A stretch of 64,000 nucleotides of DNA. Origin: Gnetum montanum (lineage: Eukaryota > Plantae > Gnetophyta). Numbering within the stretch: position 1 is the first letter of the stretch; each line of letters starts with the position of its first letter. Made by a program: the position numbers and the translations under genes. The notes below the pieces were generated by a model. It ran no database searches, was not told the origin of the DNA, and worked only from the letters and a program-made list of their open reading frames with translations. The DNA lies in assembly GCA_015680685.1 (NCBI GenBank), contig MNCI01002657.1:1-64000 (forward strand), read 5' to 3'. This document shows, in pieces, positions 53,468 through 64,000 of the stretch.

Positions 53468-55519
53468 CTGTAATCAATCAAGGGTCGAATGTTACTGAGG
53501 TGTTGTTATCTATTATTAATAGGTTTATACCTTACTCATGACCTTAGTTCCATTAAGTTTTTCAGTTCATATGATTGCAAACATAGAAAAATTTTTAGAA
53601 AGATGCCCAAAAAGTGTTTATCCTCTTTTATAACCATTTGCAGTTCATTCCTTTTTCCTTGTGTATGGCTTATTATGATGGTTATGGTCCCTTGGGTGAA
53701 GAAATTAACATTTCTAACATTAATATGATTGATTTCTCATTATAATGCTTAAGGTTTTTAACATTCTTACCCTTGTAATACCTTCTAGGTAATAGCAAAT
53801 TTTGAAAAATTAGCACAAGTTTTCCATGCAAGCATCCCCCTATGACTAAATTAAACACTTTATAATAAAATAGGTTCAAACAAGACAAGAATCAAAGTAA
53901 TAGGAAGAAAAATATCACAATTTGAAGTTGATTTCGTAGAGCTCTTAGTCACAAGAGAAAATTTTAAAAGCTTCCCTAACTTCAAATGATGAGAATGGAT
54001 TTAAAGAATAACATAGGGGTTCATATATATAGTTTTTTTAGACCCAATATCAGGTATCCAACATCACATCTGATCCCATATTAGGTAATCAATATCAGGG
54101 TATTTGAATTTGTACTTAATGAGGGTAATCAACATGGAAAATGAAGCACTGTGATTAGTTGAAGGGTTTTAAGTTAGGTCCATAGTTCTAGGGTAAGTAG
54201 AAAATCATTTTTAAGCACCAGAAGTGTTAGAAGATGGAGTCATTGACATTAAAAGCATTGGAAGATACAAGAACAAGGGTATTATATCTATGTTGTGGGA
54301 TGGATCAATTACATGACAAGGGAAAAAGCATGAAATTTAATAATTATGTGCATGGAAGGTTAAAAATGATGTGGTTGTGTCAAACAAGTACAAGTTACAA
54401 CAATTACAGAAGTGGGTCCTTACCAAAGTAAGCTCCAACCCATAATGCCCTTGTGAAGGGGTTGAATGCACCACATACTTGTGAAACAAAACACACATGT
54501 TAAAACCACCAATTTGAGAAAATAAATGTATGTCACATAAAACCATAAGTTAGGATCATACGAATAGTGAGATGAGATGGATAGCAGAAAGGATTGTAGG
54601 AATTAGAATGTGAGGTATCTTACTAGAGGCATAATGAATCCTTGTGTGTTATTAATGATTCAAAAATCATTAGCCCTTCTTTCCAAGATTCAAACCAAGT
54701 CCAAACCACATTGCAATGATATCACATTGTTTCATCATGTCAACTAACAACCATAAGAATACCATAGTTGCAAGGAGTAACATCACTTGTCGTTTTGTCC
54801 AAGGGAGGAGTTTATTGATGGCACTTTGTTGTTTTTTTTATGAAATTATTTTGAGAAGCTACCAACCTTCAAGAATGGGTACATGTCTTTCTAGTGGGAC
54901 CCTAAAAAATTTATTTAGTACCCTGTTATTTTGCTTTTACTTCCATTTTTTGTTAGATCTACAAATATATAATTACAACCTTAGCAACATGATAGAACAT
55001 ACAAAAGTGGCCAAAGAGAATCCACAAATCTCCTTGATGTCACACCCCTCACATTCCCCCTTGGTTCGTCACTTTTCTATGCAGGCACAATGATTATGAA
55101 TTTATTTTTAGTTTTGGATGATGGGAAAAAAAGAATATCATTATAACCAAGGTAAGAACCTCTCATTAATGGAATGGATGAATGAATGGCATGGCCTCAC
55201 TATCGAAATAATCAATCCCTTATGACTTGACAACATAGAGAAAACCTCATCTCAATGGGCTACATGATCATTTTATTCACAAACAAGATTACTAACAAAG
55301 AAAATGAAAACGAAATATGGAAAAAGATGAAAACACAGGATAAGAAAAATTACATCAAGAAATAAGAAAATGATAAAAAATTATAGAACAAAAAGATGAA
55401 AAAAAACTATTAATTTTGAAGGTTTGAATGGGGGGTTTCCCCCACAACTAAGTGTTTGGCCATGGAAATAATTCATAAGTGGATAGGTAGGTTCCATACA
55501 TGTGTAAAACATTGTTAGC

Positions 55520-57931
55520 CTTTCATTTTTGAGCCACTAGGTGTCTCTTAGTTTAGTGGCAGCTACATAGCCAAGTTTTTGTTCACACATGTGGTTGTTA
55601 AATGTATGGTGGATCAGGGTATGAATTATATTAACATTCTAGGTGTCTAGCTCATGATTGCACCATTGATCATGATACAGTATGCATGGATTCATTTGTC
55701 TATCCATAATGCTAGATCCATTGCTTCTATTGGATGTGGGAGTAACAATGGATGGTGGCCTTTGCATAGGATCAGAGGACGTTGGTTGTGAAAGGGATGG
55801 CATTGCACTAGATTGACATTATGCTAGTTTAGATGATGTGGTAGATCCATGAGTGTTTCCCTTCCACCTAGGGCCTATCCTAAAGAAAGGGCATTTTCTA
55901 GTTTGTAGTGGAAACCTACTAGTATTGGCATGTTTATGCACTTTCATGACACAAGTGGCATTCATTTGTTGATATTGTGATGTTGAACCTTCCTATGTCA
56001 CTAGTAGTGGCATGTGATGAGGTGGGGCATGAGAATATCAAGGATAGGATGGATGGTAAGATGCGCAAGGTGGTGATCCTTTAGGAGATGTCATGGATTA
56101 ATGATACTCATGAGAGTGATAGTAGTGATCTGAAGTAGAGAATGTACAACTAGTTGGGAAATAGGATGTTGAACATAATATTTGTGCAGGCTTGGCTAGC
56201 AGTAAGGGTAGGGCTAGTTTGGTGGTGGCTTCCCCCATGACTATGGGTTTTGCCACTATGGTTGATGATGGTGTTGAGATTGGTAATAAGCCCCCCTAGG
56301 ATAATACGATTGGTTGTGGGACTGTCTATAATTACCATGTGAAAAATGAAATTTCCTGGGCATGTGCTTTTGTATGAATTTGGGATTTAATACAAAAGCC
56401 CAATACTCATGTAAATGTGACATGACTAGGAAATGGTCCTTTGGGTGGTCATATATGCAAATGTCACATCCATCATCTTTGTCTATGGTTGAGTTTATAG
56501 CCTTACTTTCTTCAACCATGTTCCTTATTTGCCAATAAATGTTCCTAGCTATTTCTTGGTTTTGTTTCCTTTATTTATTATGATCTCCTCATTCATTTTG
56601 TGTTACCTTCTCCTCTACAATTTCTATGAAAGTTGTAACATTTTTATATATCAACTTTGACATCCTATCAAACTTTGCTTCAAGTTCATTGATAGACTTC
56701 TATATCAGCAAGTTCGTTGTAGAATCACCTTATCAAGAGCAACCTATTTCTCCTTACCATAGATATGGATTTGCTTCTTTTGAAGGGTTGGGTCCTAGTG
56801 ATATTTCTTAACATTCTTCCTTTTGCATATCTCTTCTTCTTCTTTGTCCACATACTTAATTAGCTCTCAAATTTGATGGGTTTGTAGCTCATATAATTCT
56901 CCTGGGGCATACATCCCAAGGCTCTCCCTTGTTTCATTGCAAAGTTGATCTATTATGTGGAAAAGTTACATTTCCTCGAAGAAATCATGGCCTAGGAATC
57001 TATTTAGTAGGAAATAACATCTATTAAAGGCAACATCTAGGGGTTCATGTTGTTCTTACTTCCATCCTTTGATCTATCTCCTTAGGTTGGACACCCTTGC
57101 ATAGGTTTGATATTTTTCGTTGAAGAGTTCCAACATTGTGGGCCACCATTATATTGAATTTGGTTTCAACAATCTATACCTCACTTTAGCTCTATCAATG
57201 AGTGTCCTAGGAAAGATCTTAAGCTTTTCCCATCCACTTTCAATGTTATAAAAGGCACAGACATCTTGAAATACTTGTACATGATGTTGTGGATTCAAAT
57301 TGTAGCCTCCTATGAATATAGGGATATTGTTTATATCAAACTTAGGTAGAAAAATTGCCCTACAATGCCTATGGGATATCCTAACCACCTCTATGATCTA
57401 TATCAAGCTCTTAATAGCCAACAAAAATTCATCATCATTGGACATGTTGTGATGAAAATTTCTATTTCTATCTATTTGATTGTGATGATTTTGTCTATGT
57501 TCATTTTGACGTCTTTGATTTCTCCCATGGGTTTGATTTTTATTTTTACTTTGATGCCAATGATGAGCTTGGTCTCTATATCTACATTCATCTGCATTAG
57601 AACTAGACATTGAAGAGGAAGGGAAAGGTGAGGAACTAGGAGGATTGCCATGGCTCCTATAGTACTTCCCAAGGTCCCTTAATTTATCTTTTCTAGGCTT
57701 TGAGAAGGTCCTAGGCCTTGAGGCCTTCCCTAGTCCATAACTTACTTCATCTCCTCTAGGGTTGTCTATTTTAAGTGAATGTAGTCCTTAAGTGTTGTTA
57801 GGGTGACCATGAACATATGAAACCCTTACATAAGGTTGGTCACTCCAATTTTCTTCAACATATATCTCATTAGTTTCTCAATGGGTGTCTTCGCTATACA
57901 ATGCATTATCACTTCCTTGTGAAAGAGACAT
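55520..57931 (-). pseudogene. Athila gag remnant
   Basis: NIPIFIG..NPQHHVQVFQDVC..KLKIFPRTLIDRAKV..LKPNSI (57149-57388); knuckle CDICIYDH (~56450). Confidence 0.85.
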
Positions 57932-58057
57932 TGTTGTTGATTTGTGATGTGTGTGATTTAATATTTTTTTGAAAGATAAATTGTTAATGCATTTATAGTG
58001 ATCATGTATAATATAACTAATCTAGATAACTAGCACCATCCCTTGCAATGGTCCCAA

Positions 58058-58909
58058 TGATGAGCGGCAAGGTAACCCTATATCCAACCATATGAATCAC
58101 AAGAATTCATGCATGATCTAGTTAAATTCCATAGATGGGACTAGTTGTGTATCTAAATCATTATCCTTTGATCATAGGTCATTATCTTTCCACTTGGACT
58201 AGTGGTAGCTTGTCAGGTATGGTTTAGTTGAGAGGCATATGATTGATGTTGATTGGCCCTAGGCTACTCTTAATGGTAATAAAGAGATTAATTGATTAAT
58301 CTAATTAACAATAAAAGTAAGACTTATACTAGCCTACGCGCAATGAGTATCTATTCCTAATCATCTACACATGCCTTGGACTTTGTGTAACTACCATTGG
58401 GATTACCAAGTGTACATCACTAGGCTCACCAAACGATACACTGCTAGGTTACCAAGTAATTACACATAAGCATTCACAATTAGTCATACTCATTTTGCTT
58501 AATGATAGGAATCGTAAATAACAATAAATGGAAACATTAACTAAGGAAAATGGTAAATGATTAAACAATTAAAAGCAATAATAAATCTAACTTGGATGTT
58601 GCAATGATGGAAGTAATCTCGATCTTTATTTCTGATCATGTCATGCGTCCAAATACGTTACACTCAAATAAGGATTTCATATAATCACTTAACATCACAC
58701 TGCAGGCATGCACTAGAAATAATAGAATTGGAAGTTAAAAATATATGAAAAATCTATCTAAAATATATCAACAAAACTATCCCAACCATAAACCAAAGTG
58801 TTATATTTATAGGCTAGCATGGAAGAGAAAATATCAAATATTCAACATCATTTCTTGGGATCCAATATTGCATATCTGATATCAAAGCTGACAAAATTAT
58901 GACTCATCA
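58058..58909 (-). repeat. Athila 5' LTR
   Basis: Pairs with 49709-50577 and is adjacent to the PBS. Confidence 0.92.
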
Positions 58910-59366
58910 AATATAATAGGAAAAATGTAGAAGGAGAAAGAAAAGACTACATTATTTATGTGAAATAAGGTATCTAGGTCATTCTCTAAGAGTTTCTTAG
59001 GATTATCTTCCTTCAAAATTTATCCCTTAGAGGCTATCCAACACTACCACTATGGTTAGGCCTATCACTAGCCATAAGCGATGGCCAGTTCTCTTCCTAT
59101 CCTACTTTATCCAAAACTAGTTACTCATCTATACCAACTCCACAACTTCATGCTGATATGACTTATAATACTCAGATATAAATATCTTAGGTCAAACCTT
59201 CAAAGGTTACCTTGAAAGACATGTCCTTTATTACAATATGTCCTTTTAGGTCTTAATTATAGCTTTTCCTTTTGGGTCTTTTTATGTTAATTACATTATT
59301 AGTTGTAAAGAAACACCATCTTTGTTATGCAATGACATCATTTTGGAATGGGGATGTTATAAATAT

Positions 59367-61800
59367 CTTCAATTAAAGGAACGTTAGGATTATCTTCATT
59401 TGAAGACTTCCATTTCTCCAAATTTTAAAGTTCCATATACTTTGAAGGCTTAGTTTTCTTTTATTCTCATTACTTATATCTTAATTCTCTACAATTGAGT
59501 CATTTTCATTTCCTTAACATTTTCCCTTCTTACAAGTAGCTCTCTTGGAATCTAAACCTTTCTTGGTCTTCTATTACTTCTCATTTGTGTTATTCTTAGC
59601 ATTTCCTTTCTCCTTTGCTCCTTTATATCCCTTAGAAGCCTTGAATCCTTTTCCTTTGGAAGCCTTTAGATCTTTGATGAAGTCTCAAAATTTCCTTTTA
59701 GCCTTAAGATCCAAATTAAAAGTCTCATCCAAAATTTATGGTTCATAGAAGGTAACTTCTTGCTATAATTCCTTATTTACTCCTTGGAATTTAGAAGCTT
59801 ATTCATTATCATCCTAGTGTACATTAGGTTACTAAAAAGCTTTGAAAAATTCCATCTAATATTCCTTTACACTTTTATCTCCCTATCTTATATACTTTAA
59901 CCTTACAACCTTTGAATAACCTCTTTTCTATGATGAGACTTTTCAAAACATTACTTAAGCATAAATTTCATGAAAGACTAATCTTTGATAGGAGTACTAT
60001 CATATCATAAAAATAAACATAAATAATTTTTAAAAATTACTTAAAGATATGAGAAATAAAACTTAATTTCATAACAAATCCTTAAATAACTTAAATGCTT
60101 ATCAAGCCGCCAAAAGCACACAACACTTGAAACTTAACAATTTTGAAATGACATTAAAATTCATGTTAGCACATAAATGCATTCCTAGGCCTTATTACAA
60201 CATAAATCATAGTTTAATGAAAACTCCACATTCATGGCCCAAAATAAAAATCCATAAAATGTCCATGAACATAACAAAAATACATAAAGAAATTAGCTTT
60301 CATGCAATGTTAATCCTTCTACCAACTCCACCATGACCTCCTTCAAAACTTCTAGCTAAATTTACACTAAACACATACTGCAATGGTTAGTATTGAATGT
60401 GGTTAGTTTACAAATTTCATAATGATTTTTCATTAATAATAAATTCTAAATAACCTATGATACTGACACAACATCAATTCACAAGGGAACATGATTAATC
60501 TGCAACCATCACAACTCCCTAGCCAATGACAAAAACTCACATTTTAATGACCTTCTAAAATTATATCAATTATGTTCTCCTAACACTATTCAAGATTTTT
60601 CAAAATGTTAAATGTATACATAAATATCTAAACTGTTTGTTAGTTAATATCATTTGAATGCATCATTTCCATCTAACATTGAAATAAATGCACCATACTA
60701 AAAATGTGTTAAAATTACATTGCAATTCCTAGTCATGTCAAACCATAGATCACAACATACAAAAATATTAATATTGTAAGGAGGAGAGAGCATAACAAAA
60801 AGATCAAGCTAAAATGAAAAGCCAAAAGTCATAAAAATGTGAATTATGGATTTTTCATCAAAACCAATGCTAGATCAAGAACATATATAATATTATTAGA
60901 TCAACAATGAAAATCATTATACAAAGGGAAATAGATATAAAAAGGTAGGCTACTTATCAAAATTGATAAAAGCAAAAATATTTCCTATACCGTAAAATAT
61001 AAAGGAATATAAAAATACCAAATATCACATGTAAGCAAAGATTCAAGATTCCAAATCTTAATTTATATAATAACTAAGAGATATCAAGTTGAAGCTTCAA
61101 TAACATACAAGAAGAGGCATTAACATACATTAACAAAGTACCATACAAAAAAATATGTCATTATACTAAAAGAATAAATATAACAATACATAGCAAAGGA
61201 AAGATTCCAAGGTCCAAATACCAAGATATTACAAGTACCATTGCTTATCACATAAAAATGACTTTCCTTGTCCAAAATTTTTTTTTTCATAAGTTCAATA
61301 TTTATTTCAACATATGACACCTTTTGATAATCTACTACATCTTTAAGCTCAAAATAGTTGTTAAATATCATAAGCCAAGAAAGAAATAATGCATTACCTT
61401 CCATTCCATTAAAGGATTTAACTTCAACTTAATTCTTCTAAGTTTTAAAAAAGGCTTTTTCTTCCCTTTTCTTGGAAAGATAGGCTTTGCTACCGATCCT
61501 TAATACTTGAAGCATGAATAATTTCATCATCTTTCTCTTCTATTTCTCCAAATTTTTCATTCTCAAAAGGATTATCATCTTCAAGAGCCTTCAATGAATA
61601 ATCACTTGAGTTCTAGCCTTGTCTAGATTCCTTTGACAAAAAAGTGTAACCTATGTTTCCTTTCATCTTTTTAAGTTTTTCAATATTTGCTTGAGATTAT
61701 TTTTCATGTCTTCCATATTTTTATTCAAATCTTGAGCTATCTTCATCTTTTAAGCCATGATTACAATGACATAGAAAGATGAATTTTATAAAATTCTACA
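59367..61800 (-). pseudogene. gag of the chromovirus split at 43989/59362, with an unrelated ~1.3-kb insert (~59990-61250)
   Basis: FNGMEGNALFLSWLMIFNNYF (~61300-61420) and gag-like frames at 59370-59960 on the same strand as the pol left of 43989. Confidence 0.65.
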
Positions 61801-62404
61801 AGAAATGTATAAGATCAAGAAGATTCTAAGTAATGAAACAAGGATGACTAAAATCTTATGTAATGAGTTCAAATTATGCAAATCTTAGTTATTATAAACA
61901 AATAAGTATCCAATTATATAATTACTTTCTAGATCTTTAAAGATGTGATAAAATTATGTATCAAAGAAGTTTTTTCAAATCCTAAGGTGTAGGGAAAAGG
62001 TAATCAATTGAGAATTAAAACCAAACATGATTATATGAAATGTAATTTCTTGTAATTGAAGTGAGAATTATCCACTTGACTTGAATTATCTTCAAAGCTA
62101 ATGATCTAATACCAATCTAGAAAGCTTTTTTTCTATTCTTTCTAATCTATCAAAAATTACAAAATGTTTTGTGGTGAAATTTTGAAAGATGACAACTCAA
62201 GCTTTGTTATGTTTCTAATTTTAATTTCAAAGCTAATGATCTACTACCATTTTAGAAAGATATATAAAAGCTTTGAATTTGAATTGGGGTCAAAATAATA
62301 TTATAATAACCCATCAATCTAGAAATTTTCTATATTTTATTAAAATAAACTCCTATCATAAAATAAAGATAAAAAAATATTATCTTTTACTCTAAAAACC
62401 CAAC

Positions 62405-64000
62405 AATCCCTTCTTAGAGTGGAAGGTAATTTTCATTCTTAATCTTTACTTTCTTCTTTATTTTTCATGATTTGAATTCCTATAGATTCATTAAGGTACT
62501 CTATCCTATGAGACAAAATATTTTTTATTAGTAAGTTAGCAATTTGCTGTTTTGAACTAATGTAAATGAGTTTGATGGTTCCTTCTTTCACTTCTTTCTT
62601 GATGAAATTACTTAATGTTAATGTGTTTGAATTTTTTATGATGGACATAGTCTTGGGATAGTTGAATTTCTATTGTATTGTCACAACACAAATTTTTAGA
62701 GAGACCAACTTTGAATTTTAAATGTGAAAAATTTTATTTAGCCAAAGTATCTATTGGAGGCATTCAATCATGGCAATAAATTTTGCTTCATAACTAGATA
62801 TTGGATGATTATTGCTTTGATTTTCAATATATTGAAATTTATTTATTCATAATGAGAGCTCCTAATGTGGATTTTCTATCATCATTATCTCCTACCCAAT
62901 CAACATCTAAATATGCATGAAGCTTATTCTCTCCTTTATTAACTTGAATTCCAAAATTCCAAGTTTCTTTACATACTTGAGGAGATGCACAAGTGCTTAC
63001 ATATAAGACTATCTTGGCTCTAGCATTAATTTGGATATGTGTGATGTTGCACATTCTATATCTATTTTAGTATGTAAGAGAAACCAAAGTGATCAAATCA
63101 TTTTTCTATACATGTTTACATCTATGAAACAATTTTTATCTTTGCTGGTTAATTTTAAACTGTATAACAAAGGACTATTGACTAACTTCTCATTCTTTAG
63201 ATTGAATTTTTTAATGATAAAATTTGCATATTTATTTTGATGAATTTTTATTCCCTTGTTATCTCAGTTTACTTTAATTACTATGAGTATTTAAGTTCTC
63301 TAAGACTCTTCATTTCAAATTTAGTTTTTATGCCATTCTTAAAATCTTCTACTAGATTTTTATTGGTGGCAATAAAGATAAACTTATCTACATGTAGTGA
63401 TATGATGATGAATTCATCTTCTTCCTTCTTGAAATATGATGTTAGTTCAAATATGCAATTTTGATAATTCTTTCTAATGAGATAATTATTAATTCTCTAA
63501 ACCCAAGCCTTGGGTGCTTGCTTTAGGCCATATAGAGCTTTTTTGAGTTTTCACACCTTATTCTCTTTTCCTTTGATAACATAACATTCAGGCTGGTAGA
63601 TGCATACTTCTTATTTGATGCATCCATTTATAAAATTCTAAGTTAACATCCATTTGTTGAACCTTTAGAACTTTATGTATTTCTATGAACAAAATGAGCT
63701 TAATGATTTAAAATTTGGCCATTAGTGAAAATATTTTTTCATAGTCAATATGTTTCTTTTGTTTGAATCATCTTACCACAAGTATTACTTGGTGTCTTGT
63801 GACTTCTCCTTTCTCATTGTACTTTTTTTTATTTAAACACTTGCAATCAATAAAATTTTTATCTTTTGATTTATCCACTAATTCTCATGGGTTATTTTTT
63901 AAGATGACGTTGTACTCTTTATCCATGATTTCTTTTCAAACTTTGAATTTCATGGTTTCATTGATATTGGTTAGTTCACTTGTGACTACTAAATATGCCA
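62405..64000 (-). mobile_element. Copia RT-RNaseH remnant with PPT, running off the window edge
   Basis: QQMDV, KLKKALYGLKQAPKAW (~63500-63550), AYLDVDWVGDNDDRKST and LIYISSKQQIANLL. PPT-like atcccttctt follows cccaaca at ~62405. Confidence 0.9.

Larger units (their letters stand above)
49709..58909 (-). mobile_element. Athila-like Gypsy with both LTRs, TSD AATAT, gag + env-like ORF, no pol
   Basis: LTRs 49709-50577 and 58058-58909 (TG..CA). TSD at 49704-49708 and 58910-58914. PBS tgggaccattgcaaggga (58039-58056) resembles the tRNA-Asp PBS TGGCGCCGTTGCCGGGGA. Confidence 0.9.
43990..59361 (-). mobile_element. Non-autonomous two-LTR retroelement (~572-bp LTRs, TSD AATAT) carrying CCR4-like cargo; one LTR interrupted by Athila
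   Basis: LTR A 43990-44561 is colinear with LTR B 49584-49708 + 58915-59361. AATAT occurs at 43985-43989 and 59362-59366. A decayed Met PBS lies at 49570-49581. Confidence 0.8.

Noticed and set aside
49704-59366. Both nested insertions have the same AATAT TSD
   Set aside because: This is plausibly chance in very AT-rich DNA; two events cannot show target specificity.
62091-62260. gatctaatacca as the Met PBS of the chromovirus
   Set aside because: The motif occurs twice ~135 bp apart and no matching 5' LTR follows. It is more likely part of the adjacent Copia LTR.

Overview
AT-rich, strongly CpG-depleted eukaryotic DNA, most consistent with heterochromatin of a heavily methylated plant genome. 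No intact host gene is visible. After an 887-N gap (234-1120) the window is a stack of decayed, nested retroelements. These are: several pieces of a Tat/Ogre-like Gypsy family (gag + protease, no visible RT/INT) with 32-bp and ~182-bp tandem arrays in its 3' region; two SIRE-type Copia elements; an RTE LINE fragment; a chromovirus-type Gypsy split by later insertions; an Athila-like element with both LTRs and TSD but no pol; and a Copia RT/RNaseH at the right edge. The most unusual object is a TSD-flanked, two-LTR element (43990-59361, itself interrupted by the Athila). It has no recognisable gag-pol. Instead it carries an intronless, decayed CCR4-family deadenylase (EEP) reading frame, a 5S-rRNA internal-promoter fragment and a tRNA-like A/B-box cassette. 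All alignments were done by eye, so internal coordinates are approximate.
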